Shown here: positions 51,211-61,095 of the stretch, piece by piece
How positions within the stretch are numbered: position 1 is the stretch's first letter
Layout: every line of letters starts with the position of its first letter
NCBI GenBank assembly: GCA_963691875.1
Contig: OY829846.1
Location: 3,904,001-3,968,000, forward strand
DNA length: 64,000 bases
Reading direction: 5' to 3'
Source of the DNA: Aureliella sp.
GTDB taxonomy: Bacteria; Planctomycetota; Planctomycetia; Pirellulales; Pirellulaceae
The notes under the pieces: model-generated
What the model saw: the letters and a program-made list of their open reading frames with translations, nothing else
What the model was told of the DNA's origin: nothing
The model's database searches: none
Translations under genes and position numbers: made by a program

Positions 51211-52185
51211 CTACCTCAGAATTTTCTTTGCCGCATCCGACGGGTCAGAATTCAAATACCCAAGGGAAACCAGGAATTCATCCAAGGCCTGGACCGTCTT
51301 GCGGAAGTTCTCTTTCGACTTGCTAGAACGATAGTTGAAGAATCCGTGTCCTTGTTCAGGATAAGCCTTAAGCTCACAACGATCACCGTTCTCCTTCATC
51401 TTGTCGGCAAAGACCTTCGCAGTTTCGAAAGGCACTGTCGTGTCAGCTTCACCGTGAAAAATGATGGCTGGAGGTGCCCCGGAAGCAAGTCGATGATAAG
51501 GCGAAATCTCTTTCGGCTCGACACCGGCCCGCTCTTTGATTGAGGCCAGCTTCTTTTCGTCAACAGATCGATCCCCGATGGGAGCCAGCACCAGCGCGGG
51601 ATTGAACAACGCCATGGCATTGGGCCGAGAGCTGATTTTCATGTCCTCGCCTTCTGGCTCCAAACCATCAACGACTCCTGTACAGGCTGCAAGATGACCA
51701 CCGGCGGAGCCACCACCAGCCACGATGCGATCGGCATCGATGCCCAATCGCTCTGCATTCTGCCTCATCCATCTCACCGCCGACTTAGCATCGGCCACAC
51801 AAGCATTCGCCTTCACGCCGTGTCTACTAGCTACCCGATAATCAGCCGTGATGGCAATCATCCCGCGCGCAGCAAGGAAACGGCAATGGTGCTCGAACTG
51901 AGCGGGTGTGCCACTGCGCCAACCACCACCAAAGAAGAATACGATCGCCGGTAGCTTCTGGCCGTCTTCATAGGAAGCCGGGTAAAACACGTGTGCCTTA
52001 AGCCTTGCATCATCGATCTCTTTGTAGACTTCGGAGCGCGCTCCCTCGAACGACAAGTTTTCGATCGCTTGCTTAGACTTATCGTTGTTGGCCCTGCGTT
52101 GCTGAGCGCTTACAACTCCGACTGGTATCAAGGTTACAAAACTAGCAACGAAAACGACGAGTGCTCTTATATGGGACTGCCGCAT
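51211..52185 (-). CDS. Secreted alpha/beta hydrolase (carbohydrate esterase/lipase-like)
   Basis: FFGGGW, ADYRV, GGSAGGHL, HGEADTTVP, GHGFFN. Confidence 0.9.
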   Translation of the reverse strand: MRQSHIRALVVFVASFVTLIPVGVVSAQQRRANNDKSKQAIENLSFEGARSEVYKEIDDARLKAHVFYPASYEDGQKLPAIVFFFGGGWRSGTPAQFEHHCRFLAARGMIAITADYRVASRHGVKANACVADAKSAVRWMRQNAERLGIDADRIVAGGGSAGGHLAACTGVVDGLEPEGEDMKISSRPNAMALFNPALVLAPIGDRSVDEKKLASIKERAGVEPKEISPYHRLASGAPPAIIFHGEADTTVPFETAKVFADKMKENGDRCELKAYPEQGHGFFNYRSSKSKENFRKTVQALDEFLVSLGYLNSDPSDAAKKILR

Positions 52186-52587
52186 GTTCTCAAGCTCGAC
52201 TGAAAGTATCCACAATGCAAAGAACCGAATAACGGCGCAATTCTACCTCAATTCACCTTTAGATTCGAGCCTTCGCCAATAGAGTTCGCCTGCCATTCTT
52301 TCACCGCCTGTGTAGTGTTGGCTTACCAGTGGTATTCATTGCTTTCAGCCTACAGTTCCAACACCAATGTTTCGCTATCTCCAGGCTCAATCGAATGCTA
52401 CCTTTTCGTCCGTAGCAACCAGTGCTCAAGCACATCAGCGTCGAGATCATTACTACACAAAAGACTGTGTTCAATATCGATTCGGTTGTGGCAGGGAGTG
52501 CGACATAGCGCGCAATCGGTAATGAAAGTTGTCGTGAACTTGTTGACCAGAGAACCGCATGGACAGGAAAGTCATCATTACGAAGAC

Positions 52588-53004
52588 TCAATCTACCGCT
52601 CCGCCCACATCTTCGTCCCAAGGGACGATTCCCGACATCCACATAGGCGTAACAATGCCTAAGTTCTTGCATTGTCCCGTCCAATGACTTTTGGAGGGTT
52701 GTTACCTTTCCGCAATCCTCACAAGTCACCGATAGATCATCTCCTCTATCTAGGACTCGTGTCGCTCGAGTTTCTTCGTTTCGGATTCAGCTATCAACTC
52801 CCGTGCACGAGTCACACCAGCCTTTTCGATCCAGATATATGGCTTGTGGAATTGGCTGATCGTCGCGAACATCCAAAGACTGACGCCAGGCTGATCCTAG
52901 ATTGCACGAGAAGGGATTCCTTTCTAATGCAGCAAGTCCACAATCAAATGCGGTTCGACATTCGAAGCTGCCGTATATGCATTTGCTGAGTCTTCGAGAT
53001 CCAA
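52588..53004 (-). pseudogene. Decayed DUF2007-like protein with C-terminal Zn ribbon
   Basis: LDLEDSANAYTAASNVEPHLIVDLLH*KGIPSRAI*DQPGVSLWMFATISQFHKPYIWI..., then in shifted frames VTCEDCGK..SLDGTMQELRHCYAYVDVG / WDEDVG; three stops plus frameshifts. Confidence 0.7.
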
Positions 53005-53416
53005 TGAACTACTCCACGACATACGATTTCATCGAGAGAAAAGAAGGGGCGACTCTAGCTCAAAATGTACGAATAGTTGCAAGCATATGCTCTCGGGCAA
53101 ACGGCTGAGCGGCTCGCACGTTGTTCTCCACACTAGTACGTGCGAGAACACAGATGTAATACTTTGCCACGGGAGAATACTCGCGCTGAATCGAGGCATG
53201 CCGCTCTTCTAAGTCTGGAATCACACCATCTTTGGCATCAGGTTGTCGGCCTTGTTCACCCACATCATTGCCGAGAGTAAAGAGACGACCAATCCATACA
53301 GCGGGATGCCATTCCGTCAGACCTGCAACCTGCCGAATCCTACTACGATCCAAGCGCTGCATAAGAAACAAGTCCTGCGTCAGGCGTATTCCTGGCAAAG
53401 TAGCTCCATTTTTCCG

Positions 53417-53459
53417 TTGACTTACCGTTGAAAACACAGTACTTTGCATTACAAAGTAC
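53417..53459 (+). promoter_or_regulatory. Sigma70-like promoter overlapped by a palindromic operator
   Basis: TTGACT (53417)-17 bp-TACTTT (53440); operator GTACTTTG-CATTA-CAAAGTAC (53439-53459). Confidence 0.75.
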
Positions 53460-53486
53460 GTGTTTTGCAGCAGAAATTAGGGCCCA

Positions 53487-54101
53487 ATGATGGAGCTTCG
53501 CGAAGCAATTCGCCAAATCTCTGATATACGTCAGCAAATGGCGTCGAACGAAGTTTTTCGCGGCTACAGATCTTTGACCGTTGGCTTCTCTGGACTGCTG
53601 GGCATCGTGGGGGCTTGTGCACAGCCTTACTTGGTTTCAGCGCCGGTAGAAAATCTGCTCGAATTTATTGTTTTATGGGTTGGCGTCGCTGCCTTAAGTC
53701 TGGCAGTTGCCGGAATTGAGATGTACTGGCGGGCATACCAAGCCGGGCCGGGTATGGCACGTGACCTAACCATTCTTGCTGCAAAGCAGTTCCTCCCGTG
53801 TGTAGTCGTCGGCGCGTTCATGACGCTTTGCATTGTTCAGAATGCCCCCCAAGTCGGTTGGATGCTACCAGGTCTTTGGGCATTGATCTACGCTCAAGGT
53901 GTATTCGCCTCCTATCGTTTACTTCCAAATGAGGCCGTCTGGGTCGGTGTCTTCTTTACCGCTTGCGGCTGTCACTGCCTACTTCAAGGAAAAGGCGACT
54001 TTGCCCTCTCTCCGTGGCTGATGGGTGGCAGTTTTGGTGTTGGCCAGTTGCTGGCAGCCGGAATCCTCTATTGGACGTTGGAGCGGCCCGATGTCTCGTA
54101 A
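53487..54101 (+). CDS. About 6-TM membrane protein paired with the wHTH regulator
   Basis: EAIRQISDIRQQM N-terminus, LPGLWALIYAQG, MGGSFGVGQLLAAGILY; overlaps the regulator gene. Confidence 0.8.
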   Translation: MMELREAIRQISDIRQQMASNEVFRGYRSLTVGFSGLLGIVGACAQPYLVSAPVENLLEFIVLWVGVAALSLAVAGIEMYWRAYQAGPGMARDLTILAAKQFLPCVVVGAFMTLCIVQNAPQVGWMLPGLWALIYAQGVFASYRLLPNEAVWVGVFFTACGCHCLLQGKGDFALSPWLMGGSFGVGQLLAAGILYWTLERPDVS

Positions 54102-54513
54102 GGACCCCAGGAATAAGCCGGAGAAGACCATGGCTGCCGAGAGCGAATCAGGAGCCAAGTTTGCCTACCATGGCCTCGACCGCGTCATGCACGAAAAAGC
54201 AAGGCTCGGAATCCTAGCTTCACTCGCTGCTCACGAACGAGGACTGCTTTTCAACGACTTGAAGCAGCTCTGCGCTCTCACCGATGGCAACTTGAGTCGA
54301 CATCTCGGAGTGCTGAGCGACGCTTGTTTGGTAGAAGTCTGGAAAGGGTTGACAGGTAGCCGGCAACAAACGATGTACCGGCTGACCAAACTAGGCCGTG
54401 AGCGATTTGCGGAATACATCAGTGTGCTGGAGCGAGTGATCGAAGACGCACAGCTCAAGCAACATCAGGCCGAAGATCGAGACGAGCTAACAGGCGGTTG
54501 GGCGACAGCCTGA
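54091..54513 (+). CDS. Winged-helix transcriptional regulator (MarR/ArsR-like, HTH_34 type)
   Basis: LDRVMHEKARLGILASL, FNDLKQLCALTDGNLSRHL, YRLTKLGRERFAEY. Confidence 0.9.
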   Translation: MSRKDPRNKPEKTMAAESESGAKFAYHGLDRVMHEKARLGILASLAAHERGLLFNDLKQLCALTDGNLSRHLGVLSDACLVEVWKGLTGSRQQTMYRLTKLGRERFAEYISVLERVIEDAQLKQHQAEDRDELTGGWATA

Positions 54514-54520
54514 AAATTTT

Positions 54521-54547
54521 TTGACAGTTCACTTTGTATTACAAAGT
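54521..54547 (+). promoter_or_regulatory. Second operator copy with adjacent TTGACA, upstream of ispH
   Basis: TTGACA (54521) followed by ACTTTG-TATTA-CAAAGT (54531-54547). Confidence 0.75.
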
Positions 54548-54585
54548 TACAAGTCAGCACACCTACCACTAGATAAGAACCAATC

Positions 54586-55446
54586 ATGCAAGTTATACGT
54601 GCGTCGGATATGGGCATGTGCTTCGGAGTACGCGACGCTCTTGCAGCTACCAGAAGCGTCGACAGTCCAAGCGACGTCACGATACACGGAGAGCTGGTAC
54701 ACAATCCAATCGTTAGCAACGAGCTTTCCAAAGCAGGCTTTCATCAAACCGCAGAAGAAAGTCGTCACCTTCCGATCCTCTCTCCTATTGTGCTGATTAC
54801 TGCACACGGAATTAGCAACAAGGAACGCCAGAGACTTGAGAAGTCCGGAAAACGTTGCCTGGATACAACTTGCCCGCTGGTCCGTAAGGTGCATGATGCC
54901 GCATCAGAGTTGGCAGCGGAAGGACGCCTCGTCCTGTTGATCGGCAAAGCTGGACACGTCGAAGTGCAAGGAATCGTCGAAGACCTTGATTGCTGTGTAG
55001 TCATCTCCTCATTGGACGAAGTACAAAGCTATCCCCAGCACTCAATCGGTATCATCAGCCAATCAACTATGCCCGAAGCCTTAGTGCGTGAGGTATCGGC
55101 CTCTATTCGGCGGTTGAACCCGAAAAGCGATATACGACAAATAGACACAGTCTGCTTGCCAACTAAGCAGCGACAATCAGCCTTGCAGGACCTACTATCG
55201 CGAGTCCAAGCGGTCGTCGTTGTTGGTGGCAGCAACTCCAACAACACGAGACGGCTGGTACAACTCTGCGAAACAAACGGTACACCAGCCTTTCAAGTCG
55301 AGCGGGCGAGCCAGCTAAATCCCGACTGGTTTCGCGAGGTTGATACCGTCGGCCTGACCGCTGGAACCTCCACCTTGGACGAGACAATCGACGAAGTGGA
55401 ACGGAGCATACTAGAAATCGACGCACGCCGATTCGCTTCGCCTTGA
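54586..55446 (+). CDS. ispH: 4-hydroxy-3-methylbut-2-enyl diphosphate reductase
   Basis: GMCFGVRDA, LVHN, TAHG, DTTCPLVRKVH, GHVEVQG, DTVCLPTKQRQ, GGSNSNNT, GLTAGTST. Confidence 0.95.
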   Translation: MQVIRASDMGMCFGVRDALAATRSVDSPSDVTIHGELVHNPIVSNELSKAGFHQTAEESRHLPILSPIVLITAHGISNKERQRLEKSGKRCLDTTCPLVRKVHDAASELAAEGRLVLLIGKAGHVEVQGIVEDLDCCVVISSLDEVQSYPQHSIGIISQSTMPEALVREVSASIRRLNPKSDIRQIDTVCLPTKQRQSALQDLLSRVQAVVVVGGSNSNNTRRLVQLCETNGTPAFQVERASQLNPDWFREVDTVGLTAGTSTLDETIDEVERSILEIDARRFASP

Positions 55447-56005
55447 GCTCCTTGTTTCAACTGGATTCTTACTCCATGCCTCCAGATTCCAATGCAGCCG
55501 TTCACAACACACACTCCACATCAAACTGGTCTCTGGTGGTTATTCAGTAACTTGGGCTGCTTCTTACAAGTCTCCTCGCGAGCTTCTTTGCCTTCGATGT
55601 CGCGTGAAGCAGTCGGGAAAGAACCAATCTGTCAGCTACGGCTGATCGAACCACATATCGCTACTTGGGACTTTATTGCTTGTCTGCTAGCTGGATTTGC
55701 CGTTTGGCTTGCAATGAAACCCTGGCACAAGCCACAAGATAGTGGATTGGTTTCTCCACTATCTCAAGCGATTTGCTCCGCCAAGCTCTGGATCTTGACC
55801 CTCTTCGCAGGCCTTTGTCCGTTACTATCCGGTTCGATTTTTTGATTTCCTCCATTTTTTGATATCCTCCTGTTGGCCGTGACCATTGAGACGCAAGCGC
55901 AGGAATATCTTTGATGCGGTGGCTTGAGCAAATCCCTCACTTGCAACTGAGCTGAAGTATTTAACAGGAATTCTGGCAAATCCCTCTAGGAGAAAAGTGG
56001 TGAAG

Positions 56006-58858
56006 TCAATCCGTGGGGATACGGTCCTGCATTTGGTGACAGAAATCGAGCTCGCGCTTGGCTTTTTGGCATAGGGCATCACTGACAGTGCTGTCAGCAA
56101 TCTGAGCTTCAAGATCAGCTTCTAGATGCACCAGAACAAGCATGGCATCTAGATTGCGTTGCAGGTCTTGAAGCATACGGGCGAGAGCGAAACTGGGACC
56201 TGCCATCAAACTACGTGAAATAGACTTCAACCCAGGAAAGTTCTCCGCTACGTAGCGATGAGAATCGACGGCGTAACGAGAATAGTATTCTGCCGAGCTA
56301 AAGTCGCGTTGCCGCTGGTAAAGCATTCCCATGTTTGCGTAGATGTGCGCGAGGTTGATGCGATACAGAGCCACTTGATCGTGTTCCTGGACGAGTAATT
56401 CCGAGATCTCACGCGCCTCATCCAGCTGATCGATAGCTGCCTGGTTTCCCCGTCCGATACGTCTCACATCGACATCGCGCAAGGTCTGGCTTAGCTCAAA
56501 GCGATATCGAGCAACTTGCGGTGATTCAGCAATAAGCTCCCGCAGCAAGCGAATTGCTTCTTCCTTCTTGCCATCCGATTCTTCTGAACCAACCAACTCA
56601 GGTCCGGCAAGCTGCTGTAGACAGAGAGCTTTAAGGTAACGTAGCTTCGATGATTCGGGCTGTTCTTCGATCAAATCCACCAGAAGCTTGAGTGCTGCAT
56701 TGGCGTGTTTTTCGGATTGTTCGCGAAACGCTTGTTGCTCTTTCTCTTCTCGCTCTCGATCACCGGGCCTACGACCATCGCGAGACTCCAGACTTCCTGG
56801 CGGACCGTACGGCGGAAGACCATCCGAGGAAAACCGCTCGCGCCACCAAGCCTCGAAATCAAAGCCCATCCCGAAACGACGCGGACCGCGCCGGCCGCCA
56901 GGCACGTGCGCATGCTCCATCGGCAGGCTAGGCCGCGACTTAGCAAGCAGCAGATGCACTTGAGTTTGCAACAGCCTCGAGGCTTGGGAATCCTGTTTTT
57001 CCAAGTCTCCCAAGGTGGTGGTCAAAATCGTTTTAGCGCGATCTATCTGATTGGTCGCCAAGTAGACTCGGCCAAGCTGCATGTGAATCTGCTCGATGGC
57101 CAGCGGCTCGACAACGGTTGGGTTACTGACGCCCAGGAATCGCTCCTCCGCCTCAGCGTAAGCTTCAATCGCCTCCGAATAAGCTCCCAAGGACTGATGA
57201 ATATCCGCGACACGACGAAAGGCCCGGGCCGTTTCAGCTTGCAATCTTGGACTAGCAGTTCCTTCCTCCGCCGCCGCCAGCTGGTCGTAGAACTGCAACA
57301 TCCGTTCCAGGAACCGCCCCGACTCAGTTGTTAAACGCAAGGGAACACCCGAGCTGCCAGTACTGACAAAATCCGCCTCGAGTCCATCTTCTTGTTGCAT
57401 GAACGAGCTGATGATCTCATCCAAGCCATCCAACGCGATATGCAAGCGCTGTTCCGCTCGAGCTCGCTGCTGAGCTTCCTGCTGGTATGCGAAGCTCAGA
57501 CCGACTGGTAAAGCCAGAGAAAGACATCCCACCAGAACCAGTAGCGAAGCCACTGCTTTGTTGCGCCGACACCACCTGAGAGTATGCTCGACGACTGTCG
57601 TTCGCTTGGCAAGAATCGGACGATCTTCAAGAAAGCGTTCCAGGTCTGCCTGCATCTGCGCAGCACTAGCGTAACGATCCACGGCCTCAGGATTCAATGC
57701 CTTGAGAACGATGGTCTCCAAGTCACGTGGAATTTCTGGAACGATACTTCGTGGTCGTGTTTGCTGTCCTTGCGACTTCTGTTCCAGGAGCTGGCGGTAG
57801 CTGGTGCCTTGATGAGCTGATCGCTGGGTAAGCAATTCGTACAGAGTAAGGCCCATCGCATAGATGTCACTGGACGGACTCTCTTGACCCTCCAGTTGCT
57901 CAGGAGCCATGTAGCGCAGCGTGCCAAGGATGTCTCCGCTCCGCGTGAAGTCATCATCCTGCTGCAATTTCGCCAAGCCAAAATCAGTCACCCAAACCGT
58001 CCCACTTCGATCCATCAGCAAGTTGCTGGGTTTGATATCGCGGTGCAGAATGCCGTTCTTATGCGCATATTGCAGCGCATCGCAGACTTGGACTCCGATC
58101 TTCGCGATACTGTTCCAATAGTGCTGATTGCGACCAAGGCCCGCCAGCGTCGCGGCATTTTCCAGTTGGATTCCCGAGTTTCCGGAATTCAAGGGAGAAC
58201 GCATCGCGTTACGTGAACCAGTGGAAATCTGCGCAGTTTCGTCCGACGCATCACCGGCAGTATCCATATCGAAGGCGATGAGACGTTGAGCCTGGTCAAC
58301 AAAACTGGCTGACATATCCAGGTTGCCATCGTGTTCACCTAAGGCAGTCAGAATCCGCCGCAGGTCCACGCCATCAATAAATTGCATGGCGTAGTAAAGG
58401 TGCTCACCTTCTTGTCCAACACCAAACACCGGAACAATGTTGGTATGGTGCAGTCGTGAAGCCAATTTGGCTTCGCGACGGAAGCGTTCGACCCGGCTGT
58501 CTGAATTCTGCGAGTCCCCGCTAAGCACCTTGAGTGCAACCCGACGATCGAGCACTCGGTCGGCAGCGAGAAAGACCGTTCCCATCCCGCCGCGACCAAT
58601 CTCGCGAACGATTTCGAAATCGCCGAGTGATTCTTCCTGAAACCGACGAACCGAACTCGCTGCTCTGAGTTTCTTCTTCTGAGTTTCTTGGCTGCTGAAC
58701 TTCTCCATCTTGTGAAGCGTGTACAGCAAGTCCCGAATCTCGCTCTCGAGCTGCGGGCACTTGCGAACGTAATATTCGATGCTCGGCGGAGATTTGCCCT
58801 CTCGCATGACTTTGAGAAAATCTTCGGCAATGGATTCCAGCAAATCCTCTTTACTCAC
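56006..58858 (-). CDS. Ser/Thr protein kinase with TM helix and TPR-like C-terminus
   Basis: IGRGGMGTV, VALK, HRDIKPSN, DFGLAK, GTLRYMAPE; overlaps the ECF sigma stop. Confidence 0.93.
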   Translation of the reverse strand: MSKEDLLESIAEDFLKVMREGKSPPSIEYYVRKCPQLESEIRDLLYTLHKMEKFSSQETQKKKLRAASSVRRFQEESLGDFEIVREIGRGGMGTVFLAADRVLDRRVALKVLSGDSQNSDSRVERFRREAKLASRLHHTNIVPVFGVGQEGEHLYYAMQFIDGVDLRRILTALGEHDGNLDMSASFVDQAQRLIAFDMDTAGDASDETAQISTGSRNAMRSPLNSGNSGIQLENAATLAGLGRNQHYWNSIAKIGVQVCDALQYAHKNGILHRDIKPSNLLMDRSGTVWVTDFGLAKLQQDDDFTRSGDILGTLRYMAPEQLEGQESPSSDIYAMGLTLYELLTQRSAHQGTSYRQLLEQKSQGQQTRPRSIVPEIPRDLETIVLKALNPEAVDRYASAAQMQADLERFLEDRPILAKRTTVVEHTLRWCRRNKAVASLLVLVGCLSLALPVGLSFAYQQEAQQRARAEQRLHIALDGLDEIISSFMQQEDGLEADFVSTGSSGVPLRLTTESGRFLERMLQFYDQLAAAEEGTASPRLQAETARAFRRVADIHQSLGAYSEAIEAYAEAEERFLGVSNPTVVEPLAIEQIHMQLGRVYLATNQIDRAKTILTTTLGDLEKQDSQASRLLQTQVHLLLAKSRPSLPMEHAHVPGGRRGPRRFGMGFDFEAWWRERFSSDGLPPYGPPGSLESRDGRRPGDREREEKEQQAFREQSEKHANAALKLLVDLIEEQPESSKLRYLKALCLQQLAGPELVGSEESDGKKEEAIRLLRELIAESPQVARYRFELSQTLRDVDVRRIGRGNQAAIDQLDEAREISELLVQEHDQVALYRINLAHIYANMGMLYQRQRDFSSAEYYSRYAVDSHRYVAENFPGLKSISRSLMAGPSFALARMLQDLQRNLDAMLVLVHLEADLEAQIADSTVSDALCQKAKRELDFCHQMQDRIPTD

Positions 58859-59489
58859 TCGGCATCATCTCCCCAAGTCGCTTCAGAGCGCGGATGTAAC
58901 GCTTTGTCGCAGCCGACTTATCGATGCCGAGCACACTTGCCACTTCGCCGTTGCTGAGCTGTTCGAGATGCCGCAGTACGAGTACTTCGCGATCAATATC
59001 GCTCATTTGCTCTAAGGTGTTGCGGAGCGCCTCGGCTTGCTCTTCGCGAATGGCAACATTGCTTGGTGAAGTCCCGCTTGCCATCAGTAAGTCCCGCATG
59101 GCGTGGGCCGAGGACTGAAAGGGAAGTTGATTCTCTAGCGAGACCTCGCGGTTCACGTTTCGAACCTGCAACTTTAGGTGCTTGCGGTGCAAATCGATCA
59201 AGACTTGGCCAGTCAGTGATCGCATCCAAACGTAGAACGGCACGGCGGGATTGTTGATGTAGTCTTCGTGACGCCTAATCACAACCATTTGCGCTTCTTG
59301 CATCACGTCCTCCAGGTCAAGGCGACCTTGCAGGCGAACATCCATGCGATGCATGACGAACCTTTGCAAGCGTTCGCGTTGTTCCTCGAAGATATGAGCA
59401 GCCGCCTCTGCGCCGCCGGACTGCAACCTATTCAGCTCCTCGCTGTCATCACTCTGGTTGTTGATTTCGTTTATTGGGGCAGAACCCAT
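58851..59489 (-). CDS. ECF sigma-70 factor (planctomycete kinase-associated type)
   Basis: RLQRFVMHRMD..RLDLEDVMQEA, TSPS, DREVLVLRHLEQLSNGEVASVLG..RYIRALKRL; GGAG RBS before ATG 59489. Confidence 0.92.
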   Translation of the reverse strand: MGSAPINEINNQSDDSEELNRLQSGGAEAAAHIFEEQRERLQRFVMHRMDVRLQGRLDLEDVMQEAQMVVIRRHEDYINNPAVPFYVWMRSLTGQVLIDLHRKHLKLQVRNVNREVSLENQLPFQSSAHAMRDLLMASGTSPSNVAIREEQAEALRNTLEQMSDIDREVLVLRHLEQLSNGEVASVLGIDKSAATKRYIRALKRLGEMMPSE

Positions 59490-59859
59490 CGCTGTCTCCA
59501 ATCGCTTGCCGGAACATCCAGTTTATCTTGCCGTTGGACGTGACATATAGCGACGAAGCGCGTTTCGTGGGAACGGACTGAAGAAATTGTCGCGCACAGA
59601 AAGTTATCTGGAAAAGCCCGAAACGGCCCTCCCCCGGGTGGTGGCGAGTCAGGCGGGGGAAAGCCGAGCGGAACGATACGTATTTCTGAAGACTTCAGAG
59701 GCTAGATCTGGATGGATATAGATCCCGTCAGCTTGCTAGAGCTCATTCCGAATATCGGCAGCATTGGGGACTGGGTGAGCGAAGAATGCAGTGAGGCAGA
59801 GGGACCAGGGCAAGATAACGCCTGCAGTCGTTAAACAATGAAGTCGAAAGACGCCCGGA

Positions 59860-59958
59860 GATGCCAAAAGGCTTGACGACTTCCGCCGCGAAATCACTAC
59901 GTTTTCAACATGAATTGCTAGCAAAGCGGGCTGTGAGCTAGCTCACTCTCCCACTACG
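59860..59958 (-). repeat. GTAG-type REP-like palindromes
   Basis: Minus strand GTAGTGGGAGA-GTGAGCTAGCTCAC-AGCCCGC (perfect 14-bp palindrome at 59933-59946) and GTAG...GCGGAAGTCGTCAAGCCTTTTGG. Confidence 0.55.
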
Positions 59959-60141
59959 GCGGCTAGCGAGCTTGCGGCGAAACTTCGAAATCAGTAAATG
60001 CAATGACGGGGAGTCGTCCGCTCGAAGGCGATTAGCAGCCTAGCGTCAAGGCAATACCCCCAAGCAATCCAATCGGGCCACCTGAACAGCTTCCTGAGAA
60101 GTCAACACCCAGACCCACTTCATCAGGCCACGATATTTCGA

Positions 60142-61095
60142 TTGAAACGATCAACCCGCGCGATCACTGTGAACACTGCAACGCTTCAGTACGAAGATGT
60201 CATCTTGAAGGTGAGCGATGCTCGACTCGCTTATGGGCGGACGCGTGCGCTCAACGGCATCAATCTAGAGATGTTCGCTGGCGAGATCCTTGGTCTCCTA
60301 GGCCCCAACGGGGCGGGCAAAACCAGCTTGATTCGCTGCTTGTCTGGCCGTCAAAAATTTGACTCCGGCACAACCCAGTGCTCAATTGCTGGCGACTACC
60401 ACGAACACATCGGCATCGTACCGCAGGAAATCGCTCTTTACCAAGACCTGACAGTCAATCAAAACTTGGCTGTCTTCGGACGGCTGCACGACATCACTGG
60501 CAGGCAATTGCGCGAGCTTCGCAGGCAAACACTCCACTGGGCCGGACTAGAAGACAAAGCTCGAGTGCTTGTCCGCAAGCTTTCCGGCGGCATGCAGCGT
60601 CGCCTCAACATCGCATGCAGTATTCTCCATGAACCACGCATCTTGTTCTTAGACGAACCAACGGTAGGTGTCGATCCGCAGAGTCGTGAACGCATCTACC
60701 ACATGCTTGAGACCCTCCTGGATATCGGAACAGCAATTCTTCTGACGACCCACCATCTCGAAGAAGCTGAAGATCGTTGCGATCGGATTGCAATCATCGA
60801 CCAGGGCAAGATCCTCGACACCGGAACACTTGAAGAATTGATGGAACGCTCCATCGGTACCGAGCAACAGTTGCGTATTCAATTCTCTCAGCCAGTTCTA
60901 AGTGTGCCTCGACCACTGTTCCTGACAGAGGATCGGCATGAAGCCGTGTGCGGCATTGAGAATGCAAGCCGCGATCTTCCTGTCGTCTTACAAAAAGTCC
61001 AAGCGGCGCGACTTCCGATGGAGAATATGAGCCTCCACAGCCCAACGCTCCAGCACATGTTCCTACACCTCACGGGTAAGGAGCTGCGAGAATGA
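60142..61095 (+). CDS. ABC-2 type transporter ATP-binding protein
   Basis: GPNGAGKTS, LSGGMQRR, LFLDEPTVGVDPQSR, TTHH. The true start may be GTG 60169. Confidence 0.93.
   Translation: MKRSTRAITVNTATLQYEDVILKVSDARLAYGRTRALNGINLEMFAGEILGLLGPNGAGKTSLIRCLSGRQKFDSGTTQCSIAGDYHEHIGIVPQEIALYQDLTVNQNLAVFGRLHDITGRQLRELRRQTLHWAGLEDKARVLVRKLSGGMQRRLNIACSILHEPRILFLDEPTVGVDPQSRERIYHMLETLLDIGTAILLTTHHLEEAEDRCDRIAIIDQGKILDTGTLEELMERSIGTEQQLRIQFSQPVLSVPRPLFLTEDRHEAVCGIENASRDLPVVLQKVQAARLPMENMSLHSPTLQHMFLHLTGKELRE

Noticed and set aside
53060..53410. 129-aa minus ORF, a 9-bp hairpin (53113-53146) and distant TACTTTGCCA/TGGCAAAGTA half-sites
   Set aside because: No recognisable product; the half-sites lack the N5-spaced partner; may be decayed sequence or chance.
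55476..55900. Possible gene downstream of ispH (e.g. a prenyltransferase)
   Set aside because: Hydrophobic fragments in shifting frames with stops; no family could be assigned.
56705..57334. 209-aa plus-strand ORF
   Set aside because: Antisense to the kinase gene; no motif support.
59560..60140. Structured ncRNA or riboswitch in the long intergenic region
   Set aside because: The hairpins are partly explained by REP-like units, and no riboswitch consensus was recognised.
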